Positions 29,253 to 42,854 are shown, numbered from the stretch's first letter. The stretch is DNA of 64,000 bases from Ramazzottius varieornatus (GCA_001949185.1 BDGG01000004.1:2794912-2858911), one strand, 5' to 3'. Program-made: numbers and translations. Notes: a model not told the origin generated them from the sequence alone.

Positions 29253-30663
29253 ATGTCCATTGGGCGCCAAACAACGATAGTGAAATCTCATGATTCTCAT
29301 CAGCCAATCTTTCATCTTGATCTTCTGAATCTGGGGAGAGTTTCTCCTGCATTTCGCGGAGGTACTTGCGTGTTGACTATTTATGAAGGCGATGTAAGGA
29401 GCTCCTTACTGTCTTGCAACGTTTGCTTGACGCTGAGAATCGGCTGAATTGTGGATAGATGGCATGCATAAGAGGATGAGATGTCGCAGATACAAGGGCC
29501 GGAAAACGAAGTACGCGGCGATAGAATTTGAAGCTCCCGATCAAATAGTGGAGCCTTGCCATCCGCGACCAAAGGTTGCTGTTGCCGTCAGAGAAGTACC
29601 GTTGAAGAAGATGCATGATTTCACGAAGAAAGCTGGACCTGATGCCTGGGTAGGCTCTTTTTGTATTAATACAACCCATTACGTGTATTGTTTTCTAACG
29701 GCTCAATTTTTTCTTCAGATACATCCCGACTCCCAGATGAAACTGAATCCTGCAACACCAGTGGAAAAGCCTAGGCTCAACAGAAGAAATAACGTTCTGA
29801 AGAATCCTCGCCTTGGTGCTGGTAGGAATTTTCAAAATATCGAAAATAATTTTTGTGAGTACTGTATACAGTAATTAATCATTCTCCAAGGATTTTGATG
29901 TTGTCGCGTAGGCGCCAGAGATGTCACCAAGCTTCAGCCCGAAATTAGACGAAGGGCCAGACACTTTGACGGAGTTAAGAAGAAGTCTAACTTGGAGCAC
30001 ATCATGGCAAAGGACATGACGGCGGGGGATTCTTCCTGCGAAGAAATCAGCCCAACAAAGTACGTGGATGCAAACGGAAACCCGATTAACCGAAAAAGAA
30101 AAAAGAAAGTCAAGGTCGAGCCCAGAGCGGATCCCGATGTGCAGATCCTTCCGGTTCTGCCAGCTATCGAAAGAAACGAGGAACGACTCAACACATCTAA
30201 AGGTGTTCCGAGCCAGAGGAACGCGGCGGAACATTTGAATCTCATCGACAAGCCCGATTTCGCGAACGTGTCTACGCCCGATCTGTTCCTCAGCGTCGAA
30301 GCAGCTGATATTGATGCAGTGCCGTCTGCCTCACAGTTAAATGGTAACTCTGCATCCGATCAGCAGAATGTTCCCCCAGTTGCGAGCAACGACGCCAACA
30401 TACCAGCCGAAGGTCGGCTGAACGAACCAGTGAGCATTCCGGATGGGGTTTTGGTGAGCAGCAAAGACACTAACTTGCAGGTCCAGGTGACCGTAGCTCG
30501 ATTCGAAATGGTCATAACAATGACTACTCCTATGAACCATCAAAAGAAGAACGTAGCCGTAATAGCTGATGATTCGCCCACTTATGCTGCTACAGAACGC
30601 GTTCCTAATCTATCGAGTGAGATGAAACTCGAAGCAATGCGGTTTGAGCGTTTGAACTTGTGA
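29253..30663 (+). CDS. Hypothetical protein, 4 exons; basic N-half, NLS-like RKRKKKVK, low-complexity C-half
   Basis: GT-AG introns join the 29253, 29449 and 29992 ORFs in frame. No domain recognised. Confidence 0.6.
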
Positions 30664-31450
30664 ATTACTTTGAATAGTTGCTTGAAGCTTTTTATTCTGT
30701 GCTTCATGATTCCGTCTTGATTATGCTTTTATCGCTCAGCAAATAACATGCTTTTTACGTTGTTTTTCTGTTGGTTGGCGTTGTTGAACAATAATATTCA
30801 AAATGATTAGTAAGGAATGATTCGCGACCTCAACAGGAAATCATGCATGTTTCTTCTGGTGCTCCAGGCTTCCAATTTCCGACTTGTTTAAGTTGAGTTT
30901 GTCGTTTTTGTTCGCGCCTGCGTGAAATCCCGGAAACGTGAATTAACTCAGGTTGGCGTTAGGGAAGAGAGCCGGTAGAGAAATCTCTGGAAAAGAGTGT
31001 TAATTATATCACAATATCGTTCCGATTTCGTCTATACAGTGGACTACCGGGTTTCGCAAACCTGCTCGTCCGCTGCGTTCTCGAACTGGTTTACAGTCGG
31101 GACGGTACTGACCATCATAATCCACCTTCCTCATCCATTCATCCTAACCAGGACTGCAGACGCTTCGTTCGCAGGATGGGTTTCCAGCGGAAGTCCAGGT
31201 TCCAGCTTGACCGCTTGTCGACAAGACTCCTCCCAGAGCAGGCGGAGTCAAGCGACGTCAACGAACGTCGCGCAACATGATCTGGGTGAGCTTGCAGAGC
31301 TTGTTTGCATTTGGGTATTTCTACATGCTACTGTTCTCCGATACATTATCCTAGCCCGATCCGTCCCGATACCCAGTTGAGTGCGGGGGAACGCTGGTAC
31401 TGCCGTGAAATCTCAGGCAGAACATTCTGGTTTAGCGAAACGGTTCGACG

Positions 31451-32281
31451 ATGGACTCCACTCGCGATGACGGATCGGAGAATGGCTCCCAAGCAGAAGA
31501 TACGCAGAACATGCCTTCGAAGGAACCTTTGCGAGAACAGGTTAGTTGAAGGTACTTTCGAAGGGACGGTGTTGGTCGCTAGCTGTTTCTTGAAAGTTGT
31601 TCAAGTACTGGGAGATCGAATCTTCTTGGCTGGTTACTGTATTACAGAATGACTAAACGCAAGTTTTATTGATACTCCTTAACGTTGTTTCTGTCTTCAG
31701 GATCGATTCCTTCCCATAGCCAACATCGGAAAGATTATGCGCGGTGTCGTTCCTGATTCTGGCAAAGTAAGCATCTGCAGGTTCTGCACGCACCAAAGGC
31801 CACATCTTCAGACGTCGTCCGACAGTTCACATTTCGCCAAGTCGAGCTGAATAACGTTACAATGATTTTTACCTTGACAGATCTCCAAAGAGGCAAAGGA
31901 ATGCATCCAGGAGTGCGTCAGCGAATTCATCAGTTTTATCACGAGTGAAGCAAGCGATCGTTGCCATCAAGAGAAGCGGAAGACGATAAATGGAGAGGAC
32001 TGTAAGCTACGCGCTACCAGTTTACAGAGAGCCTGCCATCACCGTGGACTAACATGATCCATGACATTTCCTTTTGTAGTGCTCTTCGCCATGAGTACCC
32101 TCGGTCTGGACCAATATATCGAACCTTTGAAATTGCATCTGCAACGATTTCGAGATGTGAGTGCATCATTGTGGTTTATGATGTTGTACACCCTATATGG
32201 TTTGCTACTTCGACGACCATACAGCAAGACTGACCATCACGTCTGTTTCAGAGCGACAAGTCTCAACCGACAGAAACCTGA
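31451..32281 (+). CDS. NFYB: Nuclear transcription factor Y subunit beta (histone fold)
   Basis: PLREQ|[53 protein letters not shown]|LLFAMSTLG. Confidence 0.95.
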
Positions 32282-32696
32282 AACCTCTCGAGGTATTCCA
32301 CTTTATGTCGAACCTTGTCCTGCTATTTATGGGCAAGGTTTCAGTATCTATTCACCGGATTTCGGAAGGATCTCTCTAGTTAAATGCCCAGGTCTCAAAA
32401 CCGCTATGAATGGTCCTTGGGCTAGAACGCTCAGACTTAATCCTTCTCTTGTTCGTCTTGTTTCATCGTTTTTGCGCTCCGAAATATGTAGTCGTCTTTA
32501 TCGGACGTTGATGTTGGTAAGTCTCATATAATTTGCCTCAACGTTAAGCTGTTTAACTTCTAAAGGTTTTTACGGATATGTTCGTACAGGATTTCATTTC
32601 ATGAAATCAATATAGTTACGGTTTCTCGCCGCGAAACGTGTCTTCACCGTGGAATAAAACATGTTGACACATCATTTTACATCACATTAGTAGACT

Positions 32697-34771
32697 CTAC
32701 ACTACTGTCGTTGGAGAAAGATCGACCTTATCCAACGGGGACGGCAGCGATTGCTCGACATTCCCACTAGCAGCCGTTACTGCCCGAGATATCGTGGCTA
32801 AAGACAAGGACTTCTGTTGGTCTTCGGGCTGTTCGTACTTGCGGTAAGACACAACGTTGTCCTTTATGTGTAACTCATTTGTCTCAACTGGGTTATCGTA
32901 ACCGACGTTGGAGGACAAACGACGATTCGGTACTTGAGGTACCACTGGATGTGGAAGTCTCATTTGGGACTTGATGACTGGTGCTCTTGGCACCGCAACA
33001 CGAGGCTTCGCTGGTTCCAGAGTCTCCACGTCCAGCTCTTCGGACACCATGCTGTCTCCCATGGACGACTGACTCATTTGCTGCTGGACAGGCATTCTGG
33101 ATGGAAGTCTTGCAGTTGTAGACGATTGAGCTTGCTTCCGGTCGGTTTCCGTGTCGCGTATGCAGAGAGCCAAGAAGGGGAAGTGCTTCCGGAGAGCTTG
33201 ACGGTACCGGGGATGACTGACCGCGTAGACGATGGGGTTGTACACTGCGGCAAACTTGCAGAACAGGGCGGGAATCTGGGAGACGACGGGTGTAAGTAAA
33301 GTCCCGTCGGTTCCGATACCGATGAGGGCGACGGTGGCGTAGGGCGTCCAAGAGAACAGCCACAAGGCCGTGATGACTACGGCAATCTTGGCGGTCTGGA
33401 TCTCTTTGCGCTGTTTGGCTTCATCCTCGTTCGACTTCGGGTTGTTTTTCTTTGATTTCGGTAGGTTGTTGGCGGCTTTCTTGAACTTCTTGCGTTGGCT
33501 GTACACCTCCCAAACGATCATGGAGTAGCAAATCACTGAAACGTTACAATATAAAATTCTTGAAGGATGCTTCTATGGTACTTCGTGGGGAAAAGATTGT
33601 GGGCGGAATCTTACTTATGATAGACAAAGGCGTGACGTAGTTTCCAATGAACATCGAGAACACGAATATTCGGCTCTTGTCTCGTGGGTCCAAATAATCG
33701 AAGGTACAGGTAGTCAGGAACCCTTCTAATACCTAAAAACGAAAATTGGTTGTTAAAAGCCTTGTTACATGGACAAACGATAAGAAGCAGCAAAATTTTC
33801 ACTGTTTTCTTACATAATTGTTGACACCCCAAAGTGGCGGTATCGCCCAGCAGAGGGCATAGGTCCATACTGCGAGAACGCCAAACTTGGCTCTTTGTCG
33901 GGTCATGGCGCTTTTCATTATCAGAAACGGCTTGCTATAAAGAAGCGGATTATAGCGTTACCAATGACTATTACATTGGGAGTTTGGAACAATGAGGATA
34001 TGCCACATATAATATGTACTTGCTTGTTTCGTACCATATAACGAGATATCTATCGACCGCAATCGCTACAAAACGAAAACCTGTGGGGAATTTACAAACT
34101 ACATAGGGGCTAACGACCGTCAGACAATGCTCATCCACCTTACCCGCCATCGTCAAGATCGACACACCTCCAAATAACGCTCCACAAAAACCATAAAAGC
34201 GACACGCTGAAAACAAATGAAGTACGAGCGTTGGTAAAAGGTAATGACAATTGTATTCGTGGCCAAGGCCAATAGCGGTGGTACCTTCTTTTCCGAAAAT
34301 CCATCGTCCTTGCAAGCTGCTGAAAAAGTACGGAGGACAATTCGTGGCCATCATCATGAAATCGCTAATTGCCAGATTTACAATGAGGGCATTGGAAGGG
34401 TTCCTCAGAGCTTTTGTTCTGCAAGAGTAGTAAACATACATAGCTTCTTGGAGGATTCGGTGAAGTAATCCCAAAGTCAGTCTGAACTCTGAACCATGGG
34501 AGAGGTCACCGACTTACACTGCAAAAATATAGACAACGGCAGCGTTTCCGGTTACGGATATGAATGCCAGTACGGCAACTATGACAGCCAAGGCCAAGTG
34601 CCATGCGTAGGATGGAGGTGGGTAAAGGAACCAATGAGCATGGATCAGCTCTCTGACTTCCGGAGCATAAGATAAGTTGTAGACGACGAGGGTCTCCGTA
34701 GTGGTGGGACTTGTGCTAGACGCATCCTCCAGGTCGGTAAGATTTTGCTTAGAAGCAAAACCGAGAGCCAT
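32697..34771 (-). CDS. Rhabdomeric (Gq-type) opsin
   Basis: HAHWFLYPPP, LRNPSNALIVNLAISDF, DRY, YVLEGFLTTCTFDYL (E181-equivalent), WTPYA, and the retinal-binding Lys in LFCKFAAVYNPIVYAVSHPRYR. An alternative in-frame ATG lies at 34930. Confidence 0.95.
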
Positions 34772-35823
34772 CTCAACCGCCGTTTTGTTTTCATAGCCCT
34801 GCAACGAACGAATGAGATCATGATCCTGACACTCGTTTCCGTCGTACAGAGTCCCACTGCCCGGCGTAATCTTAATAATCTTCTGTCTTGATAGCGGAAG
34901 TAACAGGATCTGACTGATTGCGAGTGTCATCAATTTCACGGGGTTCTACTGTTGGCTGCTGGAGTCGAACCCGGCCATGACGTTCTACCCATGGCGGACC
35001 CTCTAACCAGACCAGTCGTTCGGCAGACGGTAATTACACTGGTTGGCCGAACTGATACTTGCCATCCCAAGCGAACACCGCCTGCCGATCGGAGACGGTA
35101 AATATATCGGCACAAGAAGCTTCTAGATGCGAAAAGTTTTTCGACAGAAGTACCTTCGAATTCTTTCCCGTCGAACCTAAGATCGCACCATACAAGGAAG
35201 TTGTCCCGTTTGAGATTAGAACAACCGCTAGCAGCTGGACTTCAACTTTCAAGCGTAAACTGGCTCCATCCTTAGGGGTGCCTGGATTTATAGTGGCTCT
35301 TGGGACTATTCTTTCAGAAAATCACGACAAGCGAAGATACAACGAGAAACTTCACCTCATGCAGCACACCATGCGATCGTGCTATCCTTGTATGGCTGAG
35401 AATTGAGTCCGGTTGAATGACTATAGGGAGCTTCTTGGAGCCACAGCTCAACTGGATAACAAAAGCAAAAGCGGAAAACGCGTGGTATTTCAAACGGGCC
35501 CAATTAAGCGTACTCCCCTGACTTCACATTACGGCACGATGTGGTCATCTTGAACGCAGACAGACGTGCTGCCGAACTTCTACTGGATTCAGCCGCCTGT
35601 ATGATCGCCGTGCTCTGGACATTCATTCTCGCTTCCGAGTGAAGAAGAGAGAATTCGAGCATTCATCTTATACATCTGCATCTGCAGAGCAACCCATGCA
35701 ATACATGGGTCGAAATGAATTGTCAGAAAAGAAAACAATCCCGGAAGCACGGACGAGAAAACAACAAATTCGCTGAACTCTTCGTAGCACTACGGATTGT
35801 TCTGGCATATTTTGGAGAAAGAT

Positions 35824-38800
35824 TCATTTGATAGCTAGCTCATTTCGCAAACTGTAGTAGCGAGATACAAAGTGCTTTTGAAATACTGACGCGCAAGCGT
35901 TATTAGGAACTAGCGTTAGGGTGGTGGGAACCAGCGCCTGAATTTGCTCCACGACAGCATCCCTCTGTTCATTGATCGGTACGCTTCTTACAAACCCCTC
36001 CACGAACGCATTATATTCATTCTGCAAAAAACGCTCCATGAAAGACACCATAAAATGTTTTATTTTTCCTATGGAGAAATGACTCACCTTATGACAACAC
36101 AGAAGTCCGAATAAGGCTTCTGCAGTTGAAAAAACGGCGGACGTAGGGAAGTTAGGCTGGAAGAGAATGAAGAGAAGCATGCGAATACTGACGCGGGCTA
36201 TCTCTATGATCTTCTGGCTCGTGCTGCTGGACTGTTCATAGACCGGCATTCTCGCAATACAAAAGCCCAACTGACACAGAAAAGCAGCGCACGTCGAACA
36301 GGAAGCACTGACGCCACTGCAAAAAATTTTCTACTTATTTACTACTGAACAAGGCTGTTCATCGGCTTCATAGGTTCCAAAAGCCTAAGAAACGTACGCG
36401 GTGAAAGACCTCTCGATCTCTGTACAGACTATCTGGCAATACTCGTCGTCCAGGTCGGAGATCACCTCATGTGCAAACTGACATACGTTCCGCATCATGG
36501 AGAAGAAGTTTTCGGAGATCTCGGGCATCTGAAAACAGAGCAAACAGTTTCGAAAAGTTTAGCCGACGCCGAAAACAATGGAATATCTGTATCGTAGTAT
36601 GGGTACTGTAGTTGCATACAGAAAGCGAGATGCGGTCTTGGAGAGCGGACTGAAGAAACGCCTTCAGAAGGCATCTGATAGTAGTTCTCGTCTCTTCCAG
36701 GCATTCCTGACTCGGTTGCTTCCCCATGGTAGAAGTCAGCGTACATACGAGGGAACTGAAGGACGCCGACAAGCGTTCCTCACCGTCATGCAGTCGATGC
36801 GATCCACAGAGCGTGGTAACCCACAGTTCCGCCAGAATTCGCAGAGACCCGAGAAGCTTTAGCCTTTCCTCAACTGACAAATGGTCACTGACGGACACAT
36901 TGACGTCAAACATTTCCAAAGCACTGGACAGCATCTCGGCATCCGCAGAACCATGCTTTGCGAGCTGTAGGCAAGGTTCCGTCAGCAAGTAGATCTGATG
37001 TGACAACTGCTGATCTTTGATGGTCCCAGCCATACAAGAGGCCAAACCCAGAGCGATGTCGCAAATGTCAGCAACTTCGTCCATTCTGATTTGGGCTTTG
37101 TTGAGGAGGAGCACGTTCATCTTTTCCTTGAGGGACCCTACAATCTATCCGAAACCCAGTAAGAGGCAGCTGATTCACAAAGTGTTTGAACTTCAGCTTA
37201 TTAGGCCCACAGGCTGTACTCACCCGATTCCAAATGTCTTCTCGATCAGTATTCCCGGGCATCATTCTGACAGCTGTTGCAACTGCCGCGGCCAGGTCTT
37301 TCTTCACTGTGCCAGGTAACGATCTGATGTACACTTCCAGGTTGACGAAGTCTTGCACTAAGGCTTGTGCTTCCGGTTCCGCCAGGATGTTCCTACAATG
37401 GAACAGACACCTCGTGAACAGAGAGGAATTCTGCTCGCAGCGGAATGAGCCTTAATCTTATTCCACAAAATTAATATCTGACCGAGAGACTTACAGTTCA
37501 GAGTGCCGAGCCAACGCCCCGATAAGCTTCACTGCCTCTTTGCACAGTTCTTCTTCCCCAGTCCATGACTTCAGGTAGCAAACTGCAGTGCGAGTCAGAA
37601 GTCTAACGACCGTTCTAACCTGCGAGCCACCAGACCCAAGTAATAAGCGAAACGCATAGGAAGACTACAAAGTTGGCAACCTTTAATGATTTAGTTAGTC
37701 GCAACAAAATTTGTTTCATTAGATCTACCGTGATACCTCATCCGAGCTGTTGGTGAACATGTCCACACGAACGAAATACTTCTGGACCCAAGACGATTCG
37801 AACCATAGCATACTTATTACGATCTCCGGGCTGAGAAAATCTTTGTGGCCGCTCAAAGTCCAGCTCAACAGAAGCTGACTCAAACGGAGCATCCGAAAAA
37901 CCAAGCTACAAAGAAGAGCAACCACGTGAAAGCTTCGTGCATATTTGCGGTTTAGCCAACCACTAAGAGGTATGGATTTACCCCAAGAGAGAATCCCGAG
38001 GCACTGGGTGGACAGTCTTCATGTCAAATTGATGCAAATCGCCATAGAGGGCGTTGAGAAGCTGCAGGTCGCACGTTTCCCCAACGTTCCCCAACAAGCC
38101 AATCGGTATAGAGTCCCCCGATTGCTCGTTCCCAAAGAGGAAAGACCCTGAAGATTTGATTACAATGAAATTAAATTCAAACTGAAGATATTAATTTAAT
38201 TGGGGTTTGTCGAGTTAGGAAGGGTACCTGTCGCCGCGATGGTCCAGTTCAGGTCTTCCAGCAGATCATTCAGCTTCGTATGCCATTGGTCTCGAGCAAA
38301 ACCATCACGCGGTAGGATTTCAAAGCTGCTTCTAAGCTGTCCAAGTAAGTGATCGGACAGGTCGGAAAGGAACGTGATGGTTCCCCTCGGACAGAACCGG
38401 GCTATCTGCCCAATGCATTCCAGTTGTCCACTGTATGCCAGCCGGTCCGACTCGACGATCTCCTTGATGTCCTCGTTCAGCTCTCGAGCGTTCAGTTGAC
38501 GGTTCCCCAATGGTGGCGACAAGTGCATCTTCATGAACTGCTCTAGGATACCTTGGACGATGGAGCCTATCCCTTCCATAGCGTATTCGTTGTTGGACGA
38601 GTTGTACTCCACAACTTGCGCCCAACAGGACAGGAGTCTCTCGAAAGCGCTGGAAAAAGGCCGCTCATCGGAGAAACTCTAGCAAAAGCAACAACATTTC
38701 ACGGAATATTAACCAGTAAGGTAATATGAAGGTATCGAAACAAGACACCGAAATTTCGACTAACATTTTCTTCGCTGAGAGAAGATTTTCCAATCTTTTT

Positions 38801-40363
38801 GGTGCAGGTGCACAGCACAATGTAGAACCCCGCGATGATCTCCATGTCCAGTTTGATACAAACTGACAGTGCGTCACCATACGTCAGGTGATAGAAAAGC
38901 AGCGAAAGACCATTGCATATTTCCGGGGGAAGGCTCGACAGGTCCATCCGAATAAGACATGACAAAAACATACCGCTGAAAGCAACGCGAATGTCATCTC
39001 CAGGAAAATGACCAGCATCATCATCACCGTCTAGACAATCGCTTCCAGCCAAGCTACCTAACCGCGAAAGACACTCCATAGCCAGAAGCGACAGCTCTTG
39101 ATCATGCTTCACGTGGTCGTACATGCGAAAGAACGCGTTGATGTTGTCCATGTGCACGAGCTCCATGCGCCACGACTTTGGAGGGTCAAAGGGAAGAATT
39201 CCCTCAGAGTCCGCGCTCAAGCTTGAACAGGTATCCAACTCCGCTTGTGTATGTCCAGTAAAGTTCCAGGACAGAATCTTCGTGAGAGATGACAAGAACG
39301 CTTTCAGCAGGAGTCTGTATTCTACCTCACTTCCGGTTGGTTGGAGTAGAGCAGGTGCCATGCCCATCAATTCTTTCCAAACGCGTAGCAAGTACCTTTC
39401 CTACAGAAAATCGGGTCTGTCAATACACGATTCGTAATATATACAAAGCTGGTTAAGATTGCTTGTCACACCTGAAAAGAAATATGGGTTTGCATATGGG
39501 TCGACATTGGCATACCCAGGTCCGTGAACGCGTCGAGGGAGAATTCAGTCAACAGGTGGGTCAACAGGTTCAGAGCATGAAGTCGCTGTAAGAAGAGCAT
39601 ATATGAAGTTGGAAATCTCCGATCGACTAACCGAATGTTCTCTCACCCTTAAATCGGTTAGATGGAGGAAGGGCAGCAAGGTATCCACCAGTTCGGAAGT
39701 AACGTCCACTGGCGAGCTCGTCATGGCTTTCTTGCATATAATAACGACAGTGTTGTAGCCTTTCTGGTAGACGAAATAATTGGACAACAATCTGGAGGAG
39801 ACACGAATGAAAATATAAACAGACAGCCGATCTCCGAGCCTTCGACGGCCTTCACGAGGGGTGACAACTCCTTACTTGCCTCTCCGTCCGTTCAAAGCAG
39901 AACTGAAGGATCGCCTGGACCATATACGGCGCATCATTCCGAGCGGAAGACCATGACTTGACGACACGGTCCTGAATAGCGCAGAGACATTGGAACTGCA
40001 CGTACGGATGTTCCGAACTCTCTGCAAAATACACCACAGTGTGATAACATACGATTTTCGATCAAGACGCCTATCGGTATGATTACTTACGAAGAATCCG
40101 CACGGCGATCGTCTGTGCTTCTGGCAGGAGTCTAAATTCCGTGAAAACGGTCTCGGCCTCCTTGAAGTAAGGTGTTCCGGCCACATCCTACATATAACTC
40201 GAAGATGCACACTCGTATTGCTGAATTCCAACACGATCTCCGACTATAGAAAGTACATCTTCTCGAGAAGTTGTCTTACCGGACTGCAGAGGCGATTGGC
40301 AGCATCCGTCAAATGCTGCTGTACGATATTTTCCTCAAACTGATGTCCCTTTTTGTCCGACAT
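35824..40363 (-). CDS. XPO4: Exportin-4-like importin-beta family protein (divergent)
   Basis: PYVQFQCLCAI, LLTEFS...LGMPMSTH, ILSWNF, PPKSWRMEL, AMECLSRLGSLAG, ESDRLAYSGQLECIGQIAR, STAEALFGLLCC, C-terminal ELAIK. Confidence 0.8.
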
Positions 40364-41180
40364 CACGCACGCGTCCTTGGGGATACGAGGATTGTTCTCC
40401 TAGAGATCAAGTTGGGCAGGTACTGCTGGTCCTGCTGGTCCTGCTGGAAGTAAAGTCGGGGGGGGGGACGGGAGGGAATCTCCACTCAGTGATCAAGAAA
40501 GTAACAAAAACATCCACTAAAACGACTCTAAATTTTTAATTATTGGTTCGCAATTCGATAGAGTAACTGCGATAAATCCACGGCTCTAGAAGATGGAATC
40601 AATAAATCAAGCTGAACAACCTTCACAGAAAGGAATACTCGTAGTCCATTAAGTTCACCCATTCTCGTAAGTCGTAACGTTCTGGCCAGTGGTCACTGGT
40701 CAGTCAGGAAGTCAGACCCCAGAGCGATCCGTCCAAATATATCCGTAAACGTTCCAAAATCTAGCTTGATCATTCGACAGATTGCTCTACTGAAGTACAG
40801 GTCTTACTAATCAGCCCAAGGAACAGATCTAGAAGGATAGTGGGAGTGCGAGGATGTACGGCTAGGTAACGTCCTGACTCCCAAGCTACCGTTATTTCAG
40901 AAGGGACAAGGATATTCGAATTCCACAGTTATATTGTAAAAATTTTGACCAGCTTGCTCGTGCGTATGGAACGCACAAGTTGGTGATGAGATGTAGATAT
41001 AAAAAAGGATGACAAGATACAAACAATTGAATGATCATCGTAAAATGGACACCAGTCATCCCGACTGAAGAGACCTGATGGACAGAATCTTTTCGAAGAT
41101 GGCTCGTTCTGACTAGTTGAACGATGCCGAAACTCAAGCCTGCCGATTCTTGGCCTGCGCAGGTAGCCCTCATTGCGCTG

Positions 41181-42079
41181 TTATTCGGGGATGGGAACTA
41201 CCACTTCTCGAGCCTCCCAGTGGTCATGACCTCCCGATTTCATTGCCACAATCTGACAGTGAACTGCCTGCATCTTTTCCATTTTCGGAGGCATAGCGAT
41301 GGTTTTGTAGATCACTTCGTCACCTTCCTTGGGGACAATTTCTCCGTCAATGCTAAAACGACAAACGAGGTGTTTGGCATGAAATTTGCACGTTCGATCA
41401 AATTACTTTTATCATCGAACGAACGAACTCACTCAGATATATGAAGAAATATGTTTTCGCCCCCGGAATTCGGCTGAATCATCCCTGTCGCGAAAAACAC
41501 AATGCTTATCGATCAGTAACAACCCCGTCAACCCGAACTGAATTATTCCCTTCCTGGGAGAAAATACCTATGCAGCCGGCGTCACTTATAACAGTCTGAC
41601 GCACTACAGTATCATTAACTATGTGGGACACGCACTGAACTTCTTACCGTAACCCTTCTGTCGGCAAAACGTCTTGATCTTTCCATGCTGTACCGAAGCT
41701 GCGGAAGCTCTCTCCGACCTACAAGCAATGTGAAGGTAAATGTTCGGTAAGCGCAGAGCACTGACGCTGCTCAGTGTTGGTTGCATATATACCATGTACT
41801 ACTGTACCAGATGTTGACAATGCACGGTCAAACAGCTAGACAATCCTGAAGTCTTTTGCCTATAGCTAAGTTATCTCTAATTTTAAGAACGGATTTTTAA
41901 GACATAAGAAGGTGCACTTACGCTGAGAAGGTCCGGTTACGGCGTGTTGGAGTTGGGCTTGGAAGAATGAATTCATGGTCGTCATGTTCAGAAGGTAGAG
42001 TTGATGATACGGTGTCTCCTCCCTCAGCTCGTAGAGCATCTTTGTCGGACAGCTGCTCCGGTTTCGTGGCGCTAGACAT
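41181..42079 (-). CDS. CARHSP1: Calcium-regulated heat-stable protein 1 / CSDC2 family cold-shock-domain protein (4 exons)
   Basis: Hand-spliced: LPSPTPTRRNRTFSA|SERAS...GKIKTFCRQKGY|GMIQPNSGGENIFLHISD|IDGEIVPKEGDEVIYK...PPKMEKMQAV...HDHW. Confidence 0.9.
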
Positions 42080-42854
42080 CTTCGTCTTTTAGTATCGGAC
42101 AATGCGTCGGAATGCAGGAGGATTAGCTTTTGAATGGTAGATCTTTAAAAAATATCAATGGAATGAGCACCGATGTGCAGCTGAAGCGCGCGTCTGTCGG
42201 AGTATGGCAAGCCAAAACGCGCAAAATTAAAATGGCAGGCCGTAAATTTACCGGAGTCAGGTCTCGCATATAAGAAACCTTGGCATCGAATACCGGTAGA
42301 AGTGCTTTTTCAAATGCTGCGCTGACATGTTCAGTCAATCAACCGAAGTATAGTGTCGTTTCTTTTTCATACCCAAGCTGTGGTGGAGGTTGATTTAATG
42401 ATCTTACTTTTCGGTCAGATTCACAATCTGACACGTCACAGAATGGTTACGTCATGCCTAGAATCTGCCCCGCATTATGCTTTGACGCATAACGTCAAAG
42501 GATACTGTACGGAGTTCTTCCTTCCAGCAACGCGCGCTTCAGCAGCACATCAGTGGGAATGAGACTAATGAGACTGGCCAAGACCAGTTGATCGGACTGG
42601 CGGTCACTTTCGTGGTTTACGCTCTGGGTGTAATATCCCAAAAAACATCAAACATCAAAAGGTCAACGCTAATCATCGAATCAACAAACACTTCAAGCCC
42701 GACGGCAGCGGAAATCCCATCCTCACTTTTTATCCTCGCTTCTTCTTCCGGTCCATGGCCAGGAGAGCACCTCCTTCAAACGATCGTTCGCTGGCGTTCT
42801 TAGGTAGGTTACGTGCGGATAAGGACCAGCGAAGGCACTGCTGTTTTCGTCGGA

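Noticed and set aside
35034-35252. ORF suggesting a signal-peptide extension of the opsin
   Set aside because: Starts at TTG with no in-frame ATG and no clear splice to the opsin; likely leader or intergenic.
40421-40477. ctgctggtc repeats and a G-run (possible G-quadruplex)
   Set aside because: On the XPO4 sense strand it reads as a pyrimidine tract plus CAG acceptor of a 5' UTR intron.
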